Part shown: one piece after another, positions 27,727-38,963 of the stretch
How positions within the stretch are numbered: position 1 is the stretch's first letter
Layout: each line of letters opens with the position of its first letter
Source: Rhynchobatus australiae
Lineage: Eukaryota
Reading direction: 5' to 3'
Length of the DNA stretch: 64,000 bases
Assembly: GCA_034780895.1 (NCBI GenBank)
Contig: JAUZTB010000017.1
Span: forward strand, 33,743,737 to 33,807,736
Program-made: the position numbers and the translations under genes
Notes under the pieces: generated by a model
Told to the model about the DNA's origin: nothing
Databases searched by the model: none
Seen by the model: the letters and a program-made list of their open reading frames with translations, nothing else

Positions 27727-27961
27727 CTCTCATTCTCTTCGATGGTCTGGTCCATATATTGAAATATATTCTGGAATAGTTTATGGCTGGAGAGGCTATT
27801 AATTTTATATCCATAGCCTCTCTTCCAGTACTGCTTCAGGTCACCCANNNNNNNNNNNNNNNNNNNNNNNNNNNNNNNNNNNNNNNNNNNNNNNNNNNNN
27901 NNNNNNNNNNNNNNNNNNNNNNNNNNNNNNNNNNNNNNNNNNNNNNNAAGTATTCCAATAC
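27727..27961 (-). CDS. MINPP1: MINPP1 coding exon 3 (134 nt after closing a 100-N gap at 27848-27947)
   Basis: Acceptor ctgtttgtttctcag|GTA, donor GAG|GTAAAG (phase 2). Merging the gap flanks with a 1-nt overlap gives [44 protein letters not shown](R). Confidence 0.92.
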
Positions 27962-29145
27962 CTGAGAAACAAACAGATAATTCAAATAGCTAGTTTAGGA
28001 TTATTTTGGATATTCCAGTTAAAGCATTACCTATACAAGGCAAGCAAAAAAAAAAATTAAATATGAATTAACATATGCTACAGATGCTGTTCTGGAACCA
28101 AAAAAAAATGCAATGGCAGTTGTCTGATTTACCCCTTGGAATGTGATAATTGATTTATGGTGAAAGAAGGAAATCACTTCTTGGTCTCACTATATTACAA
28201 TTTTGCAAGTGCCGTTTTGTTCAATAACTCCTGTGTTCTAAAATCACACTTATATTTAGATGGTTCACCAAGCCAAGGTGTGGCAGATTAGAGAGCGTCT
28301 GTTTTGCTTTTATCTGAGTGCACTGATCACTGTTCTTACATCACATAAACGCTAGCTTCTGTCTCAATTTGCAAGCTGGGAAAGGTGGGAAGACCTTGAA
28401 ATATTGAATAGGCTCCTTATCATGGGATATTATTCAATGATTCCTTCAAGCTTCAAGAGGTGTGATCATTACAATAATGCCTGCAGGAGATATGATCCTT
28501 ATTTATTGAGCCCAGCTGGAGAAGTGATTGTTATGCCAATATACCCTAAGGAAGTCATATCATTCTAACGGTCCCTACTGATGCAAGATCCTGGCTGGAG
28601 CTAAGAAAGGAAGATGAGGAGGAAAGAACAGAAATGAAAGCCTGTAATACGGTGGAACTGATGATAAAGGGATGATAATACATAGTGGAAGAGGGTGGTA
28701 ATAGGAAAAGAAACAAGAGGTGTGAATTGAAGCAGAATCATTGTCCAATGTAACCAAAGCAAAAAAGTTATTGATGCTGTAAATCTGAATTAAAAACAAA
28801 TCGTGCAGTAAATGCACATTTTTGACATTGCTAATCTTAACATCGAGTTTACAAACATATAATGTGACTAGGTGAGGTGCGGATCATCGATAGGGCCGTT
28901 TTGTTTTGGCCAATGTTCCAATGAAGTTCCATCTAAGCTTGAAGTAACCTCTCTTCTAGCTTCAGGAGTTTCTAGTTCCTATATAACTGTGACTGCTACT
29001 GGAGGGTCAATTTCTCAGTTGTGTATTGCATATCAACAAGTTGCCAACACTCGCTGATGGAAAATGAGACCACAGCTTATGTAAGATTTTCTTGTTAAAC
29101 CAACATGAATTGTAAAGGACATATTTGTAATGATACCATTATTAC

Positions 29146-29243
29146 CTCCACATCTTCTTTATCGAAAAGGTCACACCAGGGAGAAACTATGCCTTTAAGG
29201 ATGAACTCATAAGTGCACAGATAAAATGTCGCTTCCACCATAT
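29146..29243 (-). CDS. MINPP1: MINPP1 coding exon 2 (98 nt; not in the ORF track)
   Basis: Acceptor tctttgtgttgcag|AT, donor GAG|GTAAT. Translates (D)MVEATFYLCTYEFILKGIVSPWCDLFDKEDVE, matching recalled human [33 protein letters not shown]. Confidence 0.95.
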
Positions 29244-29826
29244 CTGCAACACAAAGATAAAAACAAGGACATAACTATCCAAGTTTACTGATTAGAGAAT
29301 AACATTGTCAAGTTTTTCTGTTGATACAAGGAGAGATGTGAGGAGGACAGAATGAGTATGCAAAGAGATTAATAGACAGATTAATTAAGGGGCAAGGTAA
29401 CAATAGTTAAATAATATGAGAAAATGTGAGGTGATTCACTTTGATAGGAATAGACAAAAAAAAAATCAAAAAAAAAATTAATGTGAGTGTACAGAGTGAC
29501 TCTGATGTGTTGATCCATCAAAGTACAGAAGGTAAACATTCAGGTGCAGCAAGCAATTACAAAGGCAAAGAGTATGTTGGCCTTTTTTGCAATGGGATTG
29601 GAGAACAGAAGTTGTGCTGTAATTGTACAAGACTTTGGTGAGACCACACCTAGAGGAATGTACAATTTGGACTCCATGATCAGTATAAATTTATTATTAA
29701 TTCATCATCAGAACTTGCAGCAATATTGTGATAGAATGTTTTTGCCAGTACATTAGTGTCACTTCCGTCACTGCCCCTCTCCGGGCAATCTATTACATTG
29801 CACCAGCAGAGTAAGAATATTAATTT

Positions 29827-29841
29827 GGCACCACCTAGTGG
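29827..29841 (-). promoter_or_regulatory. CTCF-like binding motif in intron 1
   Basis: Minus strand reads CCACTAGGTGGTGCC, close to the CTCF core consensus CCASYAGRKGGCRS. Confidence 0.5.
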
Positions 29842-31499
29842 TTCACCCAACAGATGACAGCAAATCTGCTAAATGGACACAAGCGGCTTGGAATTTTCAT
29901 CATGAGTTTTAATGCAATTGACACCACTTTAAACCCACCAAAAAACTTATGGGCAAACAGTGCATAGTTTTCATATGGAATTTTATTTGAATAATGATTC
30001 AATTCCTGGCAAAATGTTCAGTGATCCTTACTGATAAAAGACGCCTTNNNNNNNNNNNNNNNNNNNNNNNNNNNNNNNNNNNNNNNNNNNNNNNNNNNNN
30101 NNNNNNGTTTGCATCTCAATTCATTACCACTCTCCACCAAAACTGAAAAAATACAGGGCCAAGAGGAAGATAAAGCAATTGCTGGATGTAGGCATGAATC
30201 TGCAGACACATAACCATCTTGGCATGTCAGCAGAATGACATGCATGGCAAGAACCTTTCCCTCACTGCCACTCTACTGCACCAACCTAGCACTAAGCTAT
30301 GACTCTAGGAAAGTGCAGTCAACATTCCTGCCAACAGCTGTGTGTATGCATCACTAAACAACACAGAGAAAGGTGAGATGCCTTGTATCTGTCTATAGCT
30401 TTATCATGATTACTCCAGAATGATCCACCTGTACGAATGGCAACTAGGAAAGGATAAAAATATAAGCCCCACTAGCAACACGGGTAATGATAAAAACATT
30501 TTTAAATGAAACAATTAGTAAAACAAAAGACACTGTTTTAATATGAAAGCAAAATTCTCATTTATTGAGGATTTAACAAGCACGAATTCAAACCTGATTA
30601 AACTGACCCATGCGGTAGATACTTTTGTTGACCAAAGGTGTCCTTCAATTTATATTTTGAATCTGTATTTAAAGTGATGGTAAACATAGCCGACGGAGAA
30701 TATGGANNNNNNNNNNNNNNNNNNNNNNNNNNNNNNNNNNNNNNNNNNNNNNNNNNNNNNNNNNNNNNNNNNNNNNNNNNNNNNNNNNNNNNNNNNNNNN
30801 NNNNNNNNNNNNNNNNNNNNNNNNNNNNNNNNNNNNNNNNNNNNNNNNNNNNNNNNNNNNNNNNNNNNNNNNNNNNNNNNNNNNNNNNNNNNNNNNNNNN
30901 NNNNNNNNNNNNNNNNNNNNNNCAAACTAGAAATGAGAAAATTTAGACAATTCAATCTTTACATTAGAGCATTTCAGGAATGAACTAAGGTATCACTTCT
31001 GCACACACAGATTGGTAGAAATTGGTTGCCACAAAAGGCAACCAATGCTAACATTGTCGATTTAAAATCTGTGAACAAATCATTTTTTTGTTTAAAGTAG
31101 GTCGTAAGGAATATGGAATAATAGCAGGGATATAGAGTTGGTGACAGATCAATGACAAACTCTTTGAACAGTACACCAACAGTAATGGGACTAAACTGCT
31201 TTCTTCAACTACTCGTTCCCTATATTCTTTCGTAAGAAAATGTTCTGCTCATTGTTGCTGATAAAATTCAGTGGATGTCCAAAAAGATTGGACTAAGAGA
31301 GACAGAAATCATACAATGTGCACCCATCTTGCCAAACCATCCATCCACTAAGGCCATCAATATAATCCTCATCTTTTTCCTTGTATCATTACCATTTGCT
31401 CAACTCAGTTTCAACCCCACTAATCAGCCTTTAGAATTAGACTAGTACAATCTGCGTAACAGCATTGCTTTTGAAAAGAGAGGATGCAAAAATTCTAGT

Positions 31500-31660
31500 C
31501 AAAGTTGAGTTCATTGTTATCTGCACAAGTACATGTATGCACAGGTGCAATGAAAAACTTACAGCAGCATCACAGGTACATAGCATCAGATAACCAGCAT
31601 TCACAAGAAAAACGTAACTTAAACATAAATTATACATAAATTTTTACAAGAAAAAACACT
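31500..31660 (-). mobile_element. Rex1-like 3' tail inserted only in copy B
   Basis: Copy A reads AAATTCTAGTAGTTACTCATTTT uninterrupted. Copy B has ~160 extra bp between TTCTAGT and GTTACTCAT. Confidence 0.6.
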
Positions 31661-32197
31661 GGTTACTCATTTTCTCAGATTTTTTGACTAACTGGTTTGC
31701 ATTACTGGAATGACTTGCAAGAGCTTCTAAACTTCCATCAGAATTTAGTGAGAGTTATCGTTAAATTATGAACCACATTTCCGTTCCTGATCTCTCTGAT
31801 CTAAGCAAACATTCTGTCCCACACTAAATTCCAATTGACCAAGATCCTTCTCCTCACTGACTTGCACTGATAACCCCTTTGTTAAATTCCATAGATTTAA
31901 GATAGTCATTCTTACAATTCTTCCATTCCATTAGACCACTCCAGCAATCTAATCCAACTCTATACCAGCATATTTCTACAGCTCCAGCTCTTTTGCTGTG
32001 ACACATCTCACCCTTATAAACACTGAGTATGACAGCATTAAGAAAACTATGTTTTGCTTGACTTTTGAGACAGTCTGCCCATACTGGAATCCTGGTTGAT
32101 GGCTCCATCTACTGCTCCAGATGAAAAAAATGACAGACACCAGGTACAACAAATATAACACAATTTCCTCTTTGTATTCTGAAGGAAGAATTTATAA

Positions 32198-32880
32198 ATT
32201 CATAGAGTCATACAGCTTGAAAAGAGGTCCTTCGGCTCATCACGTCCATGCCAACCAGTGGACATCCATTCTCATTAATTCCATCTTTCAGCACTTGGCC
32301 CAACACCTTCTATGCCAAGGCAATTCTAGTACTGGGCTGGACATTTCTTAAATGCTGTCAGTGACTTGGCATCCACCACTTTTTCTGGCCATGCATTCCA
32401 GGTACTCACCACTCTCTGGGTGAAGAAGGACCCCCTCAGATCCCCTCTAAATCTCTTACTCTAAATCCATGTCCTCTAGTTCTATCTACCTCTGATATGG
32501 GGAAAAAACTTACTGCAATACATCATATCTATATCCCTCATAATTTTATATACCACAATCATGTTCCCTCTTAACTTTCTCCTCTCTAGAGAAAAGATAA
32601 CTGGTCTCTCCGATTTCTCCTCATAACTGAATGCTCCATCCCAGACAACATCCTGGTGAATCTCCCTGCACCCTTGCCAGTGCTTTCCCACCTTTCCTAT
32701 GGCACAGTGACCAGAACTGCACTCAATACTTCAAATAAGGTCCGATCAATGTTTTATAAAGTCAGAGCATGACCTCCCTGCTCTTGCATTCAATGCCCCA
32801 ACTGATGAAGTCTGGTATCTCTTTTTAACCAGGTTATCTAATTCGCTGCTATCTTCAAGGATCTTTGGACCTGTACACTT
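32198..32880 (-). mobile_element. CR1 LINE 3' portion in copy B
   Basis: ORF 32482-32691 ..FSYEEK...FSLERRKLRGNMIVVYKIMR. Paralog of 20788-21630. Confidence 0.85.
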
Positions 32881-34439
32881 TAGAGAAGCATCTTGTCTGA
32901 TTTGAATACAGTAACCCAGATAATTCCATTGGGCTTTGCTGATGGGTAGTTCAGGACTTGCATCAGTTTTGCTGAATATTAAGGACCTTCCACAGAACAT
33001 TTCAGCCAAGATTATACTAACAAATGTTTATTGATAAAGATCCTCATATACAAAGTCACATCAAGTGCACAACAGAAAAATAGATCTGTCAGACCCAGGT
33101 TACAGGCCATTATTTATATTCCTTGCTATGCAGCCTATCATTCCATTCCTTACTTCCGCATCTGCTTATCTGAATGTCCTTAAACAAGTAAACTAGAAAA
33201 TGCTAGAAATATTCATCAAAACAGGTAACCACAATGGAGAGGGGAAGCGAGTTAACATTTAAATCCATGACTTTTCATCAGCTCTGACACAGAGTACCTT
33301 CACCATTATTTAAGACTTCCAGTATCCACTGCATTTTGTCCTTGTGTGCTCTTAAATGAAAAAGAAAGAACATAAGAATTACGACATCAGTAGACCATCC
33401 AGTCCTTTGCTCTGCTATTCAAGATTATGACTTATCTTGTGCCCCAGCAGCATTTTCTTGCACTATCCCCATAGTGTTTGATTCCCTTCATCTCCATAAA
33501 TCTGTTGGTCTTTGTTTTGAAAAAAACCTCCATAGCCCCCCCCCCAAGGTAAAGAATTCCAAAGATTTACCACCCTTTGAGTGAAGAAATTTCTCCTCAT
33601 CTCAGTCCTGAATGACTACCCTTTACTTTGAAACCATGAATCCAATTTAATGCAAAAAACTTTAATTATTTAATATCACCATAACCTCTCTGCCTTTGGT
33701 TTCCAATACTGTTCCAATGAAGTTTAATGTCAACTCCAGGAACAACCTTGACCTCCTTTTTCCATTAAGCATGTCACACTTTCCTGACTCAACAATTTCA
33801 GATAATGTTTCCGCATTTCCTATTTGTACCTTCTTTAGACCTAGCTTTTATTTCTTTATATGTCACAATGTGATTCTCTTCTGACGTCCAAATATCACCC
33901 ATTCCACCCTTTCNNNNNNNNNNNNNNNNNNNNNNNNNNNNNNNNNNNNNNNNNNNNNNNNNNNNNNNNNNNNNNNNNNNNNNNNNNNNNNNNNNNNNNN
34001 NNNNNNNNNNNNNAAATATCACCCATTCCACCCTTTCATGGACCTTTCCTTTTGTTTTCTCCCCCATGACTCTTTCTTTGCATCTTTAAAATATGCTATA
34101 TATAATAACAGCTGGCAGCTCTGGCTACAGACAGTAAATGATGAAAGATCAGAAAGCAGCCCACTGTGGTTTTAAGGACCTGCACTCCAGAACTTGCTGT
34201 GTCTTCAGCCAAGCCATTCCATACACTGGAACATTCCCTGATATATTCTGTCCACAAAAAGCAGCTAAACCCAATTCAGCCATTTATCATCTTATCCACT
34301 TCCTCTCAATCAGCAAGATTATGGGAGGTGTTGTTGACAGTGCTACCATATGCCATTTATGTACAAATAACTTGCCCACCCATCCTCAGTTTTACCAGGG
34401 TCATTTAACTCAAGACCTAACTAAAACACGGACCAAAGA

Positions 34440-34930
34440 TTTGAATTTCAGAGGTAAGGTGAGAATGATTGCTTGAGGCATTAAGGAGCCCTGGGAAAGG
34501 CGTAGCCAATGGGCATCAAGGGGAAAATGCTCCAACGGTTGGGGTCATACATCACACAAAGGAAGATTTTTTGGTTGTTGGAGGTCAATCATCCCAGGGT
34601 CAGGATACCGTTGCAAGAATTGCCCAAAGGAAATGACCAAACCTAACAATCTTCTTTATTTCACCAATGACATTTTCTTCCATCATGTCAGAAGTGAGGA
34701 TGTTTACTGATGGTTACATAATGTTAAATTCCATTAAAAATTCCTCAGAAAATGAAACAGCCCATATCTGTTTACTGCAGAGCCTAGATTACATTCAGGC
34801 ACATCTAATGAGCAGAAATACATGAATTCCAAATAGGTGGCAGTCAGTGATCACCTCCAACAATAGAGTCTAACTACTTTGGTATTCTATGGCATTACTA
34901 TTAGCACAACATCAACATCCTGGTTGGGCA
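34440..34930 (+). mobile_element. Highly decayed CR1/L2-group RT fragment
   Basis: Relics of GIKGK.L.WL.SY...RK..VVVGGQSS and F.DD motifs with many disablements. Confidence 0.5.
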
Positions 34931-37920
34931 ATAAATGTTAAAGACAAGCTATTGTTATGGTGGTGTGCACCTTAACAGTTTGGCATTATATGGTAGTTCA
35001 AGAGGTTCTTTATCTTTGTGCAGAGAAAGCATTTACAGCATTTGCTCCTCTACCATCGTTAAGCATTTCCCAATCTAGAGAAGTCATTAAAAGACATTTT
35101 AAAAATGCAGGCTAATTAACTCTGTGCATCCTTTCATAATTCATGACAAACACTGAATATTTGATTGCTTTGGAACAAAAGAATTCAAATAAAACCAAAC
35201 TACATGCAGAATTAAAACTAATGAATAAAAATAATATACAGAAGAAGTAGAGAATGAACAGCAGTATTTCTTCTCTGGATTCTGTCACTGTAGCCGAAGT
35301 GAAACTCAAGTCTTACAAAGTTCAGTTATGAATAATGCCACTATGCTTGGAATCACGTGATACAATAAAGCTTTCCTTAGTTGAAGTTTACACAGCAAGA
35401 AGCAATAGCTCTGGGGGAGCTTGGTCAAACATACTTCATTAGATTTTTAAAGCCAGCCACTAGTTTCATGGGAGCGACTTGGCACTACTCAATTGGGCAT
35501 TGTAATCTTTTTCTCCAAGGTAAAATCTAACCTTCACAAGGCATGCCAATCAAATAAGTTTTAGTGACAACCTGGTACTTCATGGCACCATTATAATATC
35601 AACTTTTTCCATAATTTCAAATACAATGAAGGAAATGAATTTAAATATCTGACTGCCATGGTGGGAATTGAACTTCAGTCCTGAATACCAGCCCTGGCCT
35701 CAGCATTGGTTATCAAGTAACTTATGTACCCCCATGTCCTCAGAGTAGAGCCAAGCCTACACTTGGCATCAATTTATCAGATGTTGAGAAATAAGTAGAG
35801 GTACAAATGATCTGCATCCCTCAGTGCACAAATGTAATAGCAATGGTCAGCATCACCCACCTCCTGCACAGTGAGTTAGATCAAGGGGCTAATGGATACC
35901 CTCTTTAAGCGGAATAAACATTATAAACAATATTATATGAAGTATTTATTTGTATGTGCACTTTTTTAAAATCGATATTGGTAGCATCATCGAATATTGC
36001 AAATCTCACAGGAGTGAAGTCATTGTGTAGTCGATAACCAAGACTTAACTGTGATTGGAGGGGTGTTTAATTCTGCTTACTCAGCTGGTCTTTTGTTCAA
36101 GTTTTTGATGAATTAGCTATGCAACAAGTCATGGTTTAATACTGTGGATGACACGTGAGTGGTTTTGTACTGTAGATAAATCTTTACCAACAGACATATT
36201 GAGGTAGTTGCTATGGTTACTTCTTTCCTGCTATGAAGATCATTTAATTTAGCTTTAATTTCTATATTAAATTCAGGAATGAGAAAGGAATAGACTGATA
36301 GGCTAATGTTAAATGAAAATAGGTGGGAAAAAGCCACAGTGGAAAATAAACATCAACATGGAAAAGTTGAAGTAAATGAACAGTTTCTGTGCTGTAGACT
36401 GCATGTAGCTCTCCATCAATCAAAATGAAATGAAAGNNNNNNNNNNNNTATATAAGCAACACGTTACAATTACATGCACATATCAGAAAATAGAGGACAA
36501 ATAAATCAATTTAACTACAGGATAAGCAACTAGGAGAAACTAAAAAATGCAATTGTTTACAACGACACATTGCAACAACTAACAGCAACAGTTTAAGCTA
36601 AAAGCATATCACCCAACTTTTATTTTGTTCTACCAGTGTCAAAATTAAGTCTGAACTGCATTCTCTCCTGATCTAATTACTTTTCAAGATGCCAAAAATT
36701 GTTAAAAATTGCTTTCTCTTTCAAACTATCATACTTTCACTAAATTGAAAGTTTTTTTTAAAATCTAAACTAAATATCTCCTTGTCACTGCTTCCTGATT
36801 TACTTTTTATTTATTTCAACCTTGAAAATGTCCTGCAACCTGATATTTTGATTAAAATTGTGTTCTCCAAACATGTGATTCTGAGGGGACAAAATACACA
36901 TTCATTTCACTGATTAACTTCACTGAATAGTTGCCAGTTTCAACACACAACGGGTGGCTGGAAAATGATTAATAGCTTTCACAAGACTTGCTATAGGAAA
37001 GGATGTGCCATAACCTTAATAAATGAAAGGACTTCTGTAGCTTGAGAATTGCACCAGGTAATCTCAACAGTTAACATTTTTTCCTGAATTTAATCAACAA
37101 GCAAAGAACACTTGCAAATTATGAATACAGTGTAATCAGGTGACATACGAGTTGTCATATAATATCGGATATTAAAGATACCAATGGGTACGGGGTTAGC
37201 ACAAGAAAGTGGTCCGGAGGTAAAAGATCAGCTACGATCTGGTTGAATGTTGGAGCAAGCATGAGGGACTAAATCACCTGTTCCTGCTTCTTATGCTCTT
37301 ATGTTAATATTGCTCATCTGATTCTTGTATAAAGGCATAGTATCTGTTGATTTGTTTGAAATTGCTACATCATTACTCCATTCTCTCCTCAATCTACCTT
37401 GCTGCGATATTACATTTCACCTGCAACAAATTTCCTGCAAGAGTGAAGCTAATGGGAAGCCGTTCAACCTATTGTGACAATACTCCAGAATCCAGGTTAC
37501 TTAAAACTCGATACTCAAGTGCAGTATGCAGATGACACTAGCATTTGTACATGCTCAGTGACCAATTTCAAGCCATCATGGGCACTTTCTTTGAAGCACA
37601 GAGGATTGGTTTCACACTCAACAAAAAGAGGTCTGCCGCCAATTGACCCCCAATGCACCACACTGCCAACATCACAAAATCTTTTCAAGGTAAAAAAGGG
37701 GCTTGTGAATTTGCCCCTATGATTATTTCATATTAAGTGAACGACATGCTTCTTTTTACCGCTTCAAAACTTTCAGAAAGACTGGCCACTACTTCGCATC
37801 ATCTGAGTCACCACAGAGCAGTTGAGAGTGATCACACCAGTGTTCTCAAGCAGCATTACAATGAATTTAAGAGTGGTGGATGAGTCAAGATCTGTAACCC
37901 ACCCAGTTTTGTGTACTTAC

Positions 37921-38683
37921 CAATGCTGATGGCCCCTGGTAATACGCCAAGCTTCTGTGCCATTTTGTTGATCACTCTCTCCATCTCTGGGCCCTGTTTG
38001 AATATTTCCAGCTGGTGCAGGGCCGAGCCGTTGTTTTCCACCAGCCTGACGAACTTCTGGCAGGAGTCAAAGAAGCGGAGCAGCCCGTCGTTGACCTCCC
38101 ACTGCCCGGCCGCCGGGTCCCGCAGGCCCAGGTGGCTCTCCAGCCCTTGGATGAACGACCTGGTGCTGTTGACGCACCGGTGCTTGGAGCTGGTCAGAAA
38201 CTTGACCCTCTTCTCCTGGTAGCTCCGCGGGGCCAGGAGGCCGGGGAAGCGGGCGGCCAGCCGCTCGGCCAGCCCGGCCATCTCGGAGGCCCCCAGGTGG
38301 TGGAGGTTGCCGTCCATCCGTTCGTGGTACCACATGCGCCAGGCGGTCAGGGCCTGCACCAGGCCGCGGTCGGCGTCCCCACGCTCCCTCACCAGCCGGT
38401 GAATCTCCAGCATGCGGGGCACGTTCTTCCTGGTGGGGTAGCGGGTGCCGTGCCGGATCAGGCCGTTCAGCTGCAGCTGGGTGCAGCGGACCGGGGGCAG
38501 CCAGGAGCCCTCGCCCGCAGCCCGGTACCTCGACTTGGTGCCGTAATGCTCGGCCCAGGGCGAGCGGCCGGCGGAGGCGGCGCACAGCCGCAAACAAGCC
38601 CACAGGATCAACAGCGAGCAGCGGCCAGCTGGCCCGGTCAGCCGCAGGCCCCTACACCGGAGGCCGGCCCACCCGGGCGACAT
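37921..38683 (-). CDS. MINPP1: MINPP1 coding exon 1 (signal peptide, catalytic RHGTRYP)
   Basis: ATG at 38683 in context GGAACCATGT. Translates MSPGWAGL...LLILWACLRLCAASA...YGTKSRY...LIRHGTRYPT...TSSKHRC...LLRFFDSC...GPEM...GAISI. Donor ATTG|GTAAGT at 37920, phase 1. Confidence 0.95.
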
Positions 38684-38945
38684 GGTTCCCGCGTCAGTCT
38701 GCCGGAGCCCAGCCCCCCGGTTCTGCTTTGCGGCGCCCGGCCTCACCACACCCCGCAACGACGAGCTTACGGCCGTAGAGACTGAACCAGGTCGTCTGGA
38801 ACTCACGGTGGCTGCGGGTTAGAGGTCGTTACCCGGGGGGCAACCGTACATTGCGGTAACGCCAGTGGGGTGGATGGGACTGGGATCTGCCGAGGTACCA
38901 AGTCAAAATGGGAGGAGGCCCCCGGGTTGCACTGGGACGTACAGA
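38010..38945. promoter_or_regulatory. CpG island covering the MINPP1 promoter, 5' UTR and most of exon 1
   Basis: Sharply GC- and CpG-rich tract in an otherwise AT-rich, CpG-depleted window, overlapping the start codon. Confidence 0.9.
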
Positions 38946-38963
38946 CACCAGGTTACAGTGAGA

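Larger units (their letters stand above)
30925..33355 (+). repeat. Duplicated intronic block, copy B (intron 1)
   Basis: Direct-orientation paralog of 18940-22135. The left edge is hidden by the gap at 30707-30922. Confidence 0.92.
3194..38683 (-). other. MINPP1: MINPP1-family gene (multiple inositol polyphosphate phosphatase 1), 4 coding exons, ~467 aa
   Basis: Exons of 763+98+134+409 = 1404 nt join in frame through GT-AG introns (phases 1,0,2). The product has an N-terminal hydrophobic signal peptide, histidine-phosphatase RHGTRYP, FGHAETLLP and terminal HDEL. Ortholog vs paralog status cannot be settled from this window. Confidence 0.95.

Noticed and set aside
28151-28160. TGATTTATGG PBX-HOX-like site in intron 2
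   Set aside because: A single 10-mer in AT-rich DNA with no supporting context.
33890-34037. Direct repeats flanking 100-N gaps (also 49552-49699 and ~51846-51961)
   Set aside because: Overlapping contig ends, not biological repeats or TSDs.
37856-37920. C-terminal part of the 316-aa ORF (GKYTKLGG...)
   Set aside because: Read-through into intron 1 beyond the GTAAGT donor. Homology continues in exon 2.
38015-38785. 256-aa plus-strand ORF and 178-aa alternative-frame ORF (38067-38603) over exon 1
   Set aside because: Shadow ORFs expected in GC-rich coding DNA, with low-complexity G/A/P/R composition and no motifs.
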